DNA of 64,000 bases from an uncultured delta proteobacterium (lineage in GTDB: Bacteria; Desulfobacterota; Binatia; UTPRO1). Position 1 is the first letter of the stretch. Each line of letters opens with the position of its first letter. The stretch lies in the NCBI GenBank assembly GCA_963846105.1, contig CAWJUT010000003.1:37752-101751 (forward strand). Direction: 5' to 3'. The position numbers were made by a program, and so were the translations under genes. The notes beneath the pieces are model-generated. The model did no database searches, had not been told where the DNA came from, and saw nothing but the letters and a program-made list of their open reading frames with translations. Positions 24,496 through 37,008 of the stretch are shown in pieces.

Positions 24496-25144
24496 AGCGT
24501 GTGGAGGGCGGTCGCGGCGCCGGCCGGGCCGCGCTCGGACGACCCCCCGCTCCTTGCGACCCATCGAGAGGCCCGCCCTTGAAGCGGCCGGCCATCCGCT
24601 CGCGGAGCTGAGCGAGCGCCTTGACTGCGGTCTCATCCTTGGGGTTGGCGCTGACGGCGCGCTCGAAGTACGAGAGCGCACTCGCCTCACGGCCGGCACG
24701 GAGCGAGATCGTCCCGAGCGCACGGAGGGCCTCGCCGTCCTCGCGCAGGACCTCGTTGGCGCGCACGAAGAACGTCGCCGCGGCGGCGTAGTCGGCCCTC
24801 CCGTAACAGGCGCGCCCGAGACCTTTCAGGGCGGTGCCATTGAGCGGAAAGATCTTGAGGGCTTCCTCGAGCTGCCCGAGGGCTGCTTGGGGGCGCGCCC
24901 GTCCCGAGAGGTCGCGCGCCAGACGGACCAGGTTGTCGCTCTCGGCCTGGAAGTCGGGGAGCTCGACGCGCACGCGCATGCGGTGGCCCTTGAGGGTAGC
25001 GTCCTTGATGCTGACCTTGTTGCCTAGATAGGCGCGCAATGTCTTGCGAAGGTCGCCGTCGTCGGCGGGGTCGAGAAAGAGCCGGCCGAGGCTGTCGTGT
25101 TTGTGATCGTCGAGATGAATGAGGAGATCGAGCACCTTTTTCAT
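24494..25144 (-). CDS. TPR-containing protein
   Basis: Three TPR-like repeats (ALKGLGRACY, ALRALGTISL, ALSYFERAVSANP); 3 bp downstream of dgt. Confidence 0.75.
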   Translation of the reverse strand: MKKVLDLLIHLDDHKHDSLGRLFLDPADDGDLRKTLRAYLGNKVSIKDATLKGHRMRVRVELPDFQAESDNLVRLARDLSGRARPQAALGQLEEALKIFPLNGTALKGLGRACYGRADYAAAATFFVRANEVLREDGEALRALGTISLRAGREASALSYFERAVSANPKDETAVKALAQLRERMAGRFKGGPLDGSQGAGGRPSAARPAPRPPSTR

Positions 25145-25147
25145 GGT

Positions 25148-26311
25148 CTACACCCGCTCGTACGGATCGAAGAGTTTCTTGTACTCGTCGAGGGCGAAGC
25201 GATCGGTCATACCGGCGATGTAGTCGGCGACGACGCGCGCTTTCGGCTCCCCTGCTTCGATGCGCTGATGAATGTGCGGGGGCATTTGGTGGGGCTCCTC
25301 CATGTAGGTCTGGAACAGGTCGGCCATGATCTTCTGTGCTTTCACGGCCATGCGGGTGACGCGGTAGTGGGTATAGAGGCGCTGTAAGAGGATCTGCTTG
25401 AGGTGACGATTGCGCTCGGCCATTGCGGTGCTGAAGCCGGCCAGGCGGACCCGGCACTGACGGACGTCGGTGAGACTGCGAATACGGTGCTCGGCAACGC
25501 GGTCGCGAATCGCTTGGATCATGTCAGTCACGAGTCGGTCGATGATGCGACGCACGATCTGGTAGCGCTGCACCGAAGGAGTCGCCTCTCGATGATGACT
25601 GGTGACCCAGTCGCGCGCCTCCGCCCATAGCTCGACGGGAGCGAGATCGTCCTCCTCGAGCATGGCGGATTTGAGACCGTCGTCGATGTCGTGACTGTTG
25701 TAGGCGATCTCGTCAGCGTAGTCGACGATCTGCGCTTCGAGAACGGGCTTGAGCGCCGGCTCGAACTGCTGCACCAGCGGCCGATCGTACTCGGAGGAGT
25801 GTTTGACGATGCCCTCGCGGACCTCCCACGAGAGATTCAGTCCGGGAAACGACGGATAGCGCTCCTCGAGCACGTCGACGATGCGCAGGCTCTGCGCGTT
25901 GTGCTCGAATCCGCCATGCGGCTCCATGAGGCGGTTCAGGACGCGCTCACCGGCGTGCCCGAAGGGCGTGTGGCCAAGGTCGTGCGAAAGCGCTATCGCC
26001 TCGCCGAGATCCTCGTTGAGGCCGAGCGCGCGGCAGAGCGTGCGGGTGATCTGGGCGGCCTCGATCGAGTGCGTGAGGCGCGTCCGGTAGTAGTCGCCTT
26101 CGTGGTTGACGAAGACCTGAGTCTTGTACTCGAGCCGGCGAAACGCGGAGCTGTGGATGATGCGATCGCGATCGCGTTGGAACGGCAGGCGGAAGCTGTG
26201 CTCGGGCTCGGCGTGTACCCTCCCCTGCGTATCGGTGCTGCGGGCTGCGTACGGAGCCAGCGTCTCCGCTTCACGTCGTAGGAGCTCGTCACGGAGAGGC
26301 TGAAGACTCAT
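25148..26311 (-). CDS. dgt: Deoxyguanosinetriphosphate triphosphohydrolase
   Basis: FQRDRDRIIHSSAFRRL.YKTQV, TRLTHS, HDLGHTPFGH, DYIAGMTD. Confidence 0.95.
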   Translation of the reverse strand: MSLQPLRDELLRREAETLAPYAARSTDTQGRVHAEPEHSFRLPFQRDRDRIIHSSAFRRLEYKTQVFVNHEGDYYRTRLTHSIEAAQITRTLCRALGLNEDLGEAIALSHDLGHTPFGHAGERVLNRLMEPHGGFEHNAQSLRIVDVLEERYPSFPGLNLSWEVREGIVKHSSEYDRPLVQQFEPALKPVLEAQIVDYADEIAYNSHDIDDGLKSAMLEEDDLAPVELWAEARDWVTSHHREATPSVQRYQIVRRIIDRLVTDMIQAIRDRVAEHRIRSLTDVRQCRVRLAGFSTAMAERNRHLKQILLQRLYTHYRVTRMAVKAQKIMADLFQTYMEEPHQMPPHIHQRIEAGEPKARVVADYIAGMTDRFALDEYKKLFDPYERV

Positions 26312-26408
26312 GGAAGGCCCGAGAACGAGCCATCCTATACCAGGGTGCGAGTGGCCGCCAAACCGAAACGGGTAGGAATTCCCACGCGTTCCGAGCCAGG
26401 GCCAGGCG

Positions 26409-27056
26409 TCAGGGGGAGAGGAGAAACGCCATCGAAGGAACCCGGACGAGCTTGCGGAAGATCAGCGTTCTGACGTTGGCGTCGACAACACCATCGCCGT
26501 CGGCGTCGATCGAGCACTGGTCGCTGCCATCGGCGTTCTTGATCGTGGTGTAGACCCGGATGCGCGCCCGTTCCCCGGGGTCGAGCTCCGGAATCGTGCC
26601 CACGAAGGTCGCGACGAAGTTCAAACCGGTGGTTCCGTTCGGGATGTTCTTGATCGAGTCGAAATTGAGCTCGTTGCCGTCCTTGTCGACGAAGACGATC
26701 GTGCCCGGAAAAGACCCGGACGACGAGAGGGGTCCAGCACAGGTGCTGACCGACGATGCCCCGAACCTGTTCACGACGCGGCGGGCCGCCGGGACGTACG
26801 ATCCATTGTCCTGGCGGGCTTGGACCTCGACCACCAGACTTCCCAGGTTCGGTGCAAGGTGGGCGCTGGAGATGAGGGCAGTGCCTGTGACCGAGACGAT
26901 CTGGGTTTCGAGGTTCCCGTCGCAGTCGCCCCCGCCCACGCAGCTGAAAAGGGCGATGCTGGCCGTGGCCCGGAGCGCCGCGCACGGGTACGCGCGCTCG
27001 GCAAAACCGAGCACACCGAGGACCAGAGCCAGAACGAAGGGTAGACGGCACCGCAT
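26409..27056 (-). CDS. Hypothetical secreted protein
   Basis: Signal peptide, several Cys, DADGDGVVD Ca-binding-like motif. Confidence 0.6.
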   Translation of the reverse strand: MRCRLPFVLALVLGVLGFAERAYPCAALRATASIALFSCVGGGDCDGNLETQIVSVTGTALISSAHLAPNLGSLVVEVQARQDNGSYVPAARRVVNRFGASSVSTCAGPLSSSGSFPGTIVFVDKDGNELNFDSIKNIPNGTTGLNFVATFVGTIPELDPGERARIRVYTTIKNADGSDQCSIDADGDGVVDANVRTLIFRKLVRVPSMAFLLSP

Positions 27057-27074
27057 GGAAGTCGCCCTCTACCA

Positions 27075-27089
27075 TCAAGAAAAGTGCCA
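27075..27089 (-). promoter_or_regulatory. Possible sigma54 -24/-12 promoter (TTGA variant)
   Basis: Minus strand TGGCAC-TTTTC-TTGA just upstream of the ATG at 27056. Confidence 0.4.
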
Positions 27090-27366
27090 TCGGCGGCCGA
27101 TCTTCAGCCGTCCCGGAACGGCCTGGAGAGAGCTACTTTCTTTTGGTTTTTCAGGACCCTGGGTGGCCGCTGCGCTATACTCTAGCGACTACCTTGGTGC
27201 TCGCGAAACTGCATGGTCGTGCATCCGCGCCGGCCGGGCTGAACCGTCGATCGCGCATGGTCTCTTGCGGCTCCGCATCGTCCACATTGCCGAGCACGCG
27301 ATCACCTGCCCGGTAAGGAGCCTGACAGCTCCTGCGTCGTATGCTACCGGACGGGTTCTCTCGGCG

Positions 27367-27630
27367 ATGATGAATTGGACGCCGTCACTGGTGTTTACGC
27401 TCACGCTCCTCGTCATCGGGGTGCAAGTTGTGAGCGCCGAATTCGCCAGAACGCGCATCCCTCATCAGGACGCGAGCGGCAGAGCGACCGTCGTCGAGAT
27501 CGACCTGAAGGTACCTGGGGCACGGGCGTTCCTGGATGCTGAGGGCGAGCCCATTCCACGACGGGGCGAGGTCATTCTGCCCCCGCGCGCGACGCCGGAG
27601 CCCTCCCCGGCCAGCCGCTCGCCGTACTGA
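27367..27630 (+). CDS. Small hypothetical secreted protein
   Basis: MMNWTPSLVFTLTLLVIGVQVVSA signal-like N-terminus. Confidence 0.45.
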   Translation: MMNWTPSLVFTLTLLVIGVQVVSAEFARTRIPHQDASGRATVVEIDLKVPGARAFLDAEGEPIPRRGEVILPPRATPEPSPASRSPY

Positions 27631-27669
27631 GTCGCTATCCCAGCCGCCGGTGGCCGGCGGCGCCGCGAA

Positions 27670-27858
27670 TCAGTACCAGCGGACCGCCATCGCTCGCCAC
27701 GCCACGATCAGGACGGCGCAGACGAGCGCGACGACAACGATCTCCGGCGGGATACCCAAGGCCTGAGCGGGCACTTTGACGAGCGCAACGGCGGCGTCAG
27801 CCGCGCTCGCAAGCCACCCGAAGAAAACGCTCAGCCATCCTGTGATGAGGTCTACCAT
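27670..27858 (-). CDS. Small membrane protein
   Basis: Hydrophobic ORF of about 62 aa with host-like codon usage. Confidence 0.5.
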   Translation of the reverse strand: MVDLITGWLSVFFGWLASAADAAVALVKVPAQALGIPPEIVVVALVCAVLIVAWRAMAVRWY

Positions 27859-27914
27859 GTGCTCCACCGTGCGCGAACGATTCGATCAGTGCCTGAGGAG
27901 ACCAGCCGCGTCAA

Positions 27915-30186
27915 CTACTGGCGGCGTCCCACCTTCTTGGGCATGGGTATCGTGTGTTGGAACGGACGCCCGCCTGGCGATGGCGCGGGCTCGCGGAACA
28001 CGTCGACGCACAGTTGAGCGAGACTGACGGCATCGAGCGACAATGGGCGGAGAACGCGTTCGAGCGCTCGCGCCAGCGTGCTGGTCACGGGATCGCCGCA
28101 GATGAACACCTTGAGCATGCGACCAGCGCCGGCTTCGGGCCCGAGGGTCGAAAGAAACTCACCGCCGGCCTCAGGAACACCACGGAGGTCGATCATCACC
28201 GTGTCGGGGTTGATCACGGAAAACAACTCGGTGGCCTGCCTCGCATCACAGGCCATCGATACCGAGTGCCCGGCGCCGGCCAGCACGCCATTGGCTTCCC
28301 GGAACGCATCGACGTCGCCGGACAACGTGAGGATGCGGCGTGCACCGGCGATCGGTCGAGGAAGCGCGACCGCACTCTCGACCGATGAGGGCGGCCCGCC
28401 CAACAGCCGCAGCGGTCCGAGAACACAGCTACGCCGCTTTCCGTCCGATGCATAGCCGATGACCGTCACCCCATCGTCCATTGCACGGGTCAGCTCCGCG
28501 ATCTGGTCGGCGGTGACCGCGAACAGGTTCGCAACCACGAGGCGGCGGTCGCGTAAGGCGTGCTTGCCCTTGAGCGCGGCGGCAATACGCTCGCGCTGCT
28601 CCGGGTCCGCGTCGAGAACGGAGACACTCTGTGAGTCGACCGTGACGGCGGGCGGGTCCACCTTCGTCGGCACTGGATGCACCGTTGATGCCGAGGCCGC
28701 GACCGACCCGGTGTTCGCGGACTTCTCCGCCCGAGGATCGGCATCCGCGGCGGCCAGCCGCTCTACCAGCGCGCCGCGCTCGCTCGTCAGCGATGCGACC
28801 TGCTGGTCGAGTCGACCGACTTGTGTCTCGAGGGCGCCGTTGCGTTCGCGCAGGGTCGCTACTTCGCCCTTGCTGGTCGCAAGCTCCTCACGCAAGCTCT
28901 CATTGGCTTTCTCGGCATCGCCGGCGGCCGCGTGGGCGCGATCACGCTCGGCGGTCAGCTCGGCGAGCCTGCGATCGTGTTCGGCTACGGTTGCGTCGCG
29001 GTCGCCGAGCGTCGTGCGCAGGCGCCCCAGTGCCACCTCGGCTTCGGCGCGCTCGTCCGCGGCCCGTTTCTCCGCGAGGACGGCCGCCGCTGCGGCCTGC
29101 GCCGTCGCCTCACGGTGTGTTGCCTGCAACGCCTCGATCTCGCCCTGCAGCGTCGCGCGCAGGTCTGCCTCTCGCGCATGTGCGGCGCGCGCCGAGTCGA
29201 GCTCTTGCTGAAGCGACGCGCGCAACGCGTCGAGGTACTCTTCCTGCGGGGCTCGCGCCGCCTCCGCTTCCTTTTGAAGCGAAACTCGCAGCTCGGTGAT
29301 CTCTTGCTCGTGGGCGGCGCGTGCTGTCTCCGACTCCGTCTGCAACGTAGCGCGCAGCTCCGTGATCTCACGTGCGTGGGCGGCGCGTGCTGTCTCCGAC
29401 TCCGTCTGCAACGTAGCGCGCAGCTCCGTGACCTCGCGCTCGTGCGCGGCACGTACCGTATCCAATTCCTTCTGGTGCGAAGCCCGCAACTCGTCGACCT
29501 CGACCCGGAGTGCGCCTGACTGGCGTTCGGTAGTGTCGTGTGTGTCCCGGGATGGTTCCGCCCTGGGAGTCGCGGACTTGGGTGGAGTCGGAGTCGGAAC
29601 CGCTCTCAACGGGGGCGCGGCCGTCGTTCCGCCGCGGCTCGGCACGATCGCCGCCGCCAACGCATCGAGGGCCGCGACGTGCTCCATGATCTGGAGTTCG
29701 TTGATCGGCAGGCGACCCCCGATGGCCAGAAAGACGCCCACCCGGGTCTCCTCATGATAGAGCGGGATCACGGCGAGATTGGCAACCGCCGGGACTTCCT
29801 CCCGCCCGACCAGCTCCGGGATGAACTTGTGGTCGCGCGGTCGATCGATGATGTACGCCTTGTGATTGATCAGCGCGTGCAGGGGGATCGGCCACCCTGC
29901 CCCCTTGCGGATGGTCGCGAGATGCTTCCGACCCTCGCCTGAGAGACCCTGCGCGACGAGAAGCTCGAGCGATTCGGTCGCGCATCGAGTAGAGCAGGAT
30001 CGCGCCTGCCACGGCATGGACGGCATCGAGGAAGGATGGCAGGGCTGCTTCGGCAAGTGCCTCGCCCGCCAGCTCCCGGCTCCGCAGATCGGCGATCAGC
30101 TGCGGCGTGAGCCGCGCGCCTATAGTCTGGCCGGGCGCCGGGGCTTCGAACGAGGCTCGTGCTGCGCTTTGCGAAGTGATCGGCAT
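27915..30186 (-). CDS. GAF-like + coiled-coil + degenerate receiver-domain protein (frameshift near 29975)
   Basis: N-term AGAILLY..LELLVAQGL..LAVIPLY..VGVFLA (GAF-like); long coiled coil; C-term VSVLDADPEQRERI and RRILTLSGD..PDTVMIDLR (receiver-like). Confidence 0.6.
29288..29450 (-). repeat. 66-bp tandem repeat (22 aa, ELRATLQTESETARAAHxxEIT)
   Basis: About 2.5 near-identical copies with more degenerate copies on either side. Confidence 0.85.
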
Positions 30187-30207
30187 GGTGGCTGCGCCAT
30201 TCCGATG

Positions 30208-30223
30208 AGCAACGCGTGTGCCA
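30208..30223 (-). promoter_or_regulatory. sigma54 -24/-12 promoter
   Basis: Minus strand TGGCAC-ACGCG-TTGCT, 21 bp upstream of the ATG at 30186. Confidence 0.7.
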
Positions 30224-30697
30224 GTGCCGTTGCGAGGTTTTGCCTACGCGACGAGCGTCATTCTCGGCACTCGCGCCCGTCTGACGGCACAGTGCGCCCG
30301 CGCGCGAGGTCACACGGCGACTGTCGAGTGACGAAGCGTCTGCGCAGTGGCGGCACGTCGCGAGAATCCCCGATGGTGGCCGGCGAGCCCTGCCCACCGA
30401 GCCGGCCCTCCCCTCGCATCACCATCGCTCCTGAGTGCCGTGACCTACCTCCCGATGCTCTAGTTGTAGAGTCCGGCGCTTGCTGATAGCGTGCGCTGGT
30501 CTCGTCGCCCCGATGGCACGAGCATCCCGCCTCCGTCGTCTCGCCGGCTCGTCTCGAGCCCGCGCATCGCCGCATAGGTAGGGCCGAGCGGCGGCTGCGT
30601 CCGGTATCTCCTCCGTTCTCCAACAATTACACCGGCTTGACGAAGCGCGACCGGCTCCAACCTGGGTCGGCACGCTCAGAAGGAAGACAGCATCATC

Positions 30698-31985
<1,288 letters not shown>

Positions 31986-31994
31986 GTCTCGTGA

Positions 31995-32034
31995 TCCGGT
32001 GTGCCGACGATTGAAGCATCGCCGGCACACCGGA
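31995..32034. terminator. Hairpin between convergent genes
   Basis: TCCGGTGTGCCG ... CGGCACACCGGA inverted repeat. Confidence 0.6.
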
Positions 32035-32040
32035 ACGCGT

Positions 32041-35000
32041 TCAAGGAACGGTGAAGTTTAGGCCCAGGAAGCCGTTCGACTTGAGCGTCGCCGTCTGCGA
32101 CTTGCCGTAGGCGGGCAACTTCACGGTGAACGTGGCGGCCTTCCCCGTGTACTTGTAGTTCCACATGTACCAGCCGTCTTCGTCCGTGTAGACGGTTGCC
32201 TGCAGCTTGTTCGAACCGTTGTAGATCGTCGCCTTGACGTTCTTCGACGGTTCGTCGGCGGAGCCAGCCAAAACCATGCCCCCGATGCCGGGGTTCCGCT
32301 TGAAGGAGTTCGTGCTGCAGACCGTGTCGTCGACGTCCGACGCATTCCCGTCGGTGCTGTCACCGAAGCCATAATCCTCGTTGTCGGGGATCGTCAGCGC
32401 CAGGGTCGTATTCGTCGCGTTGTTGACGCTCTTCCCCCAGCCCTTCGTGCCCTTGAGACCGTAGTCGAGGTGGATGTTGATGTACGCGAAGCCACCGTCG
32501 AGCGGCGGTACGTACACCTCTACTTCCGTCGTCTGTCCCAGCTGCTGCGGGCTGTAGGAGCCGAGCGTCACGAGCTCCGAGGCGCTCGCGATCTCGGTTC
32601 CGGGCGCGAAGCAACCTCCGTTGAACTCCACGGAATCGTAGATGTGCACCGGCACGGCACCCTGCGTGACGAACGGATACGGCAGGGTGATCGTGATCGT
32701 CTCGTCTCCATCGCCCTCGTAGAAGACGTTGTAGTAGAACTGTCCGGGGTTGCTGGCGTTCAGCTTCCACACGGACGCGCTTTGATCCGGCGTCAGGATC
32801 AGACGGAAGTCATCACAGCTCGTGCTGTTGTTCACGTCGAAGGGGCAGAGGGACGAGCTGGTGACCGCGGATCCGCAGCCGTTCGCGTTCGTGAACTGGC
32901 AGGTCGCCGAACAGCAATCGCCGCCCACCGTGTTGCCGTCGTCGCACTGCTCGCTGTCGTCGAGAGTACCGTTGCCGCACGGGTTGGGTGTTGACGTGAC
33001 CGTCGGTGTTGGAGTCTTTGTGGCGGTCGCTGTCCGTGTCGGTGTTGGGGTCTTGGTCAGCGTCGGCGTTTCCGTGGGCGTTGCCGTCTGAGTCAGCGTC
33101 GGGGTCTCCGTCGGCGTCGGCGTTTCCGTGGGCGTTGCCGTCTCCGTCGGCGTCGGCGTTTCGGTGGGCGTTGCCGTCTCGGTGGGCGTCGCCGTTTCGG
33201 TGGGCGTTGCCGTCTCGGTGGGCGTTGCCGTTTCCGTGGGCGTTGCCGTTTCGGTGGGCGTTGCCGTTTCGGTCGGCGTCGCCGTCTCGGTGGGCGTCGC
33301 CGTTTCGGTGGGCGTTGGCGTTGCGGTGCCGGTAAGCGTCGGTGTGGGTGTCTCGCTGGGTGTGGCGGTCGGGGTCGGCGTCGCATTGACGACTGGCAGG
33401 ACCTCATCGTAGCCGATGTCGGTGATGCCGGTGCTATTGCCATCGCCGTCCACATCTCTAGGGTCGCCCTCGAAATCGATCGCGGGCACCCACTCCACTG
33501 GGATCGTTTCGATCGTCGTCGCCGCACCCACCGCGACTGTGGTCACATTCTCGGCGACCGTGATGACTGTGCTCGTCACGTTGATGATGGTGAACGGTCC
33601 CGGGTTGGACGCGTTCGTCGTCGTGATCGTCTGTCCATCCAAGAAGCCGCTGGTGATAAAGCTAACCCCCGTTGACCGCGTGATCGTCTTGGTCGCAGAC
33701 GCAAACGTCGCCGTGACTGACACGCTAACCAATGGGTCGAGAAAGCTGTTCACGCCTTGATCGATGGCGGGCGAGATCGGCGATGTTGCCTTCAGGTGGA
33801 AGTCATTCGCCCCGGTGTCGACGAAGAGTTCGTCGAACGTATGGGTATCCAAGCAATCGCCGAACGTGCAGCCCGTGACACCGGTAATGTCAAATATAAT
33901 AACCCCCGCCGTCGAACCGACGGTCGTGAGGCTCTCGGCTACTGTGATGACCGTGGCGCTCACGGCGGCAATTGTGAAGGGTCCTGGGTTCGCCCCGCTG
34001 TTCGTCGTGATCGTATTTCCGACGGCGAAGCCGGACGCGAGAAAGCTAGTACCAGACGTCTTAGTTATCGTATTGGTCCCGGACGCAAAATCTGCCGTGA
34101 TTGAGCCGCTGTCAAAGTTCACCCCGGTCGTTGTGCGGTTGTCACTGTCGGTCGCGTCCAAAGTATCCGGCGCGTTTTTGATGTCCGTCAAACCACCAGT
34201 CGCGTTGCCGTTCTTGTAGAACATGTTGTTTGTGAGCGTGACGCTGGCCGCCGTACCGCTACTTTCCTGGTCCAGTCCGCAGGAACAACTCGCCGCCGTC
34301 CCCGGGTTGGCTGTGCCGTTCCCGACCAAGAGATTATTGACGAGATTCACGACGGCGCTCGCGGCCCTAACAACTCCACCCGATACGTTGCCAACGATCG
34401 TGTTGTTGACCAGATAAATCGCATCGTTATTGGCCGTAACAGCGACCCCGAAGCGCCCATTATTTCTGATAAGGTTGTTTACCACCCAAGTACGCACCTG
34501 TTGCGTGCCGATATCGATAGCAGACACAGCCGCACCACCGCTCGCGTTATTGTTGTTGATGTTATTGCTAGTGATGGTGATGTCAGAATTTCTCGGGTTG
34601 ATATCGCCTCTGAGCCGGATAGCCGACCTGGCGCTATTAGCGAAGGTCAGACCAGTGATGGTCAGGTACTTTGAGGAGGCGAGAGAGAAAGCATGGCTTG
34701 TCGTAGCGTTGGACGCCAATCCAGGCGCCGTCACGATGACTGAGTCTGTATTGCTGGGATCGGGCTGGATGACGATCTCGTTTGCGCTGGTGGCGGCCAC
34801 GGTGGCGACCGTCGTCGAAGCTGCCGATTGGTTGAGTATTGTAGTTTGACTGACCGTGATGTCCGTAGCTGTCACGTTAGAGATGGTGTATGGCCCCGGG
34901 TTGGTCGTGCTGGTGGTTGTGATCTGCTGGCCAATCGTGAATCCGGCAGCGAGAAAATCACCCGCCGCGCGATGAATCGTGCTGGGCGCTACGAAACTGA

Positions 35001-35629
35001 TCGAGGCCGTCGCCGTCACACCGCTGTTTGCGAGGTCGATGATCACATTCTCGAGATAGGTGGTGCCGCCAGCACCGGCTTTGATGTTTATTGTGCAAGG
35101 GCCAGGGTTCGGAAGAGCGGTGACCGCTTCTTGGATCGTCTTGAAGAAGACTGCTCGCCGGAATCGAGGCTGCAATGCTCGCGTCGACGGTAAATGGGCA
35201 GGCCCCGATGGGGGTGGCGTCGTAGAAATAAGCGATGGCGGCTAGGTCCGGCCCGGACAGTTCGCCCGTCGCCACAATCTTTATGAAGACCTCCCGATCA
35301 CCTTCATCGGGGGAAAACTCGGTGTTTGTGAAGCTGCCATCGGCTGCGGCGACCGAGGTCACGAGCCTATCTGCCCGGACTGGGCTCTGCACGGTGATTG
35401 TGACGACTTCCCCGGGCTGGAAGTTACCGGCGCTGATAGTCACGGTGTCGCCCGGACTGTAGTCCTTTCGGTCCGTCGATACGAAGGGCTCAGGCGCACT
35501 TTGAGCGAACGCTGCGTTCGCGAGCGCGAGAGTTGGCAAGAAGAGCAGGAGCGAGATGAGCGACCTCGATGCGACACATCTGGCGCGTGCGTTCATGCCA
35601 CGAAGAAGAGTCCGTTGTCCGTTATTCAT
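32041..35629 (-). CDS. Large secreted protein: Ig-like, right-handed beta-helix, Thr/Pro linker, Myxococcus-type Cys repeat, carboxypeptidase-regulatory-like C-term (frameshift near 35160)
   Basis: Signal peptide and [15 protein letters not shown] in ORF 34958-35629; Asn-ladder [16 protein letters not shown]; [20 protein letters not shown]; [16 protein letters not shown] in ORF 32041-35175. Confidence 0.8.
32990..33385 (-). repeat. 18-bp tandem repeat encoding (TETATP)n Thr/Pro linker
   Basis: More than 10 consecutive [12 protein letters not shown] units. Confidence 0.92.
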
Positions 35630-36308
35630 GCGAGTCTCCGATTTGCCGCAGTGTGTGATTCGGTGCGTTTATGTGGCTCTCGACTGTCCGTCATCGCTGC
35701 TCCGACTGCGCTTTGGGTACGGCGATCCCTGGGATGATTCGCGGAACAGCCAAACACGAGTTGCGGAATCTGTGTGGCTGACCGGTCAGATCGGCAGGTG
35801 GACAGCCGATTGACCGAATGCCCGCGTCACCGTTCGGGTTCTGACGGGTGGTCTTCGGCGGGCGGTGTGCTGGCGCCAGAAGGTAGAGGTCCCGGGGGAG
35901 GATGAAATCGGGCATCGGATACGGCCAAGGTCTGGGGAGTGTGTTCCTTCAGGCGTCAGGAAGTCAAGCGAAAACGCGTAGAGAATGTGTAAGCGGGTTT
36001 ACTCTACGCCGCCGAGCTCCGAGCGCGCCACCCCCATTCTTCGCACAGGATCGCGCCGGAAAGGCGGCAAGGTTAAGACCGGGATCACCTTCGTCGAACG
36101 CCGAGGGCGCCGACTACCTAAGGCGAAGCACAATGCAGAGCACGAAGCACCAGAGCTCCTGCTGACAGTGAGCTCTCATCGTCGTCCACCTCTTACCCTC
36201 CTCCTCGTCGACCCGGCCCGCTCGGATCAATTCGTCCAGCGCGTGCTACCCAGAAGGCTACCCAGAGCCTCGGGTGCCAGGTCGGCGATGCGTCAACTAG
36301 CCGTTCGA

Positions 36309-36354
36309 TAAGTGCCCCCGGCGCGATTCGAACGCACGACCCCAGGATTAGGAA
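36309..36354 (-). repeat. att site: 46-bp duplicate of the tRNA-Arg 3' half
   Basis: TAAGTGCCCCCGGCGCGATTCGAACGCACGACCCCAGGATTAGGAA is identical to 40121-40166. Confidence 0.93.
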
Positions 36355-36705
36355 AACGATGCCGGTCGTCACCTGAGGTGCTGTGAGGCTCTATCAGGGC
36401 GAGATTCCTCGAATCAGGGGTTCGAACCGTCACGCGAGGCAACGTGAGGTTCCGCCGAGGTGGGAAGCGGTTGGGAAGCGCGTCCTTCTGGCTGAGCGGC
36501 TTGCCCCGAAAGGCCGCCGTCGAAACAGGGCCCAGAGCACCTGGCGGCAGGGTAGCAACTCGGCAGCAGGGCTGGCTGGCGCCCTCTCCTACTCACCAGC
36601 CGGATGCTGTCCCAGGCGGGGCTCACTCGACGTTGGTGGGTTCAGTGAGCCTGCCTCGGTTTCGTGGACACCCCAACTCGCACGAAAGTGCGGTAGGAGG
36701 GTGTC

Positions 36706-37008
36706 ATGGGGACGAAGAAGCGGAAGCGGCGGAAGTTCTCGGCCGAATTCAAGGCGGAGACCGTGCGGTTGGTCCGGGACAGCGACAAGAGCGTCACCGC
36801 GATTGCGCGTGAGCTGGATCTGACGGAGACGGCACTACGACGGTGGGTCCAGCAGGCGGAGATTGATGCGGGACGTGGGCCGACGGGAGCGCTGACGACG
36901 AGCGAGCGCGAGGAGCTGGCGCAGCTGCGGCGCGAGACCAAGCGGCTGCGGATGGAGCGCGACATCCTAAAAAAAGCGACGGCCTTCTTTGCCAAGGAGA
37001 GCGAGTGA
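36706..37008 (+). CDS. IS3 transposase OrfA
   Basis: RRKFSAEFKAETVRLV HTH, ERDILKKATAFF, A7 slippery run near 36969. Confidence 0.92.
   Translation: MGTKKRKRRKFSAEFKAETVRLVRDSDKSVTAIARELDLTETALRRWVQQAEIDAGRGPTGALTTSEREELAQLRRETKRLRMERDILKKATAFFAKESE

Noticed and set aside
36288-36312. Second dif-like sequence (GTCAACTAGC...TTCGATAAG)
   Set aside because: Arms are in the wrong order and spacing and lack the TTAT core; likely chance.
36380-36435. tRNA-like GGTTCGAA motif on + strand
   Set aside because: No complete cloverleaf can be built.
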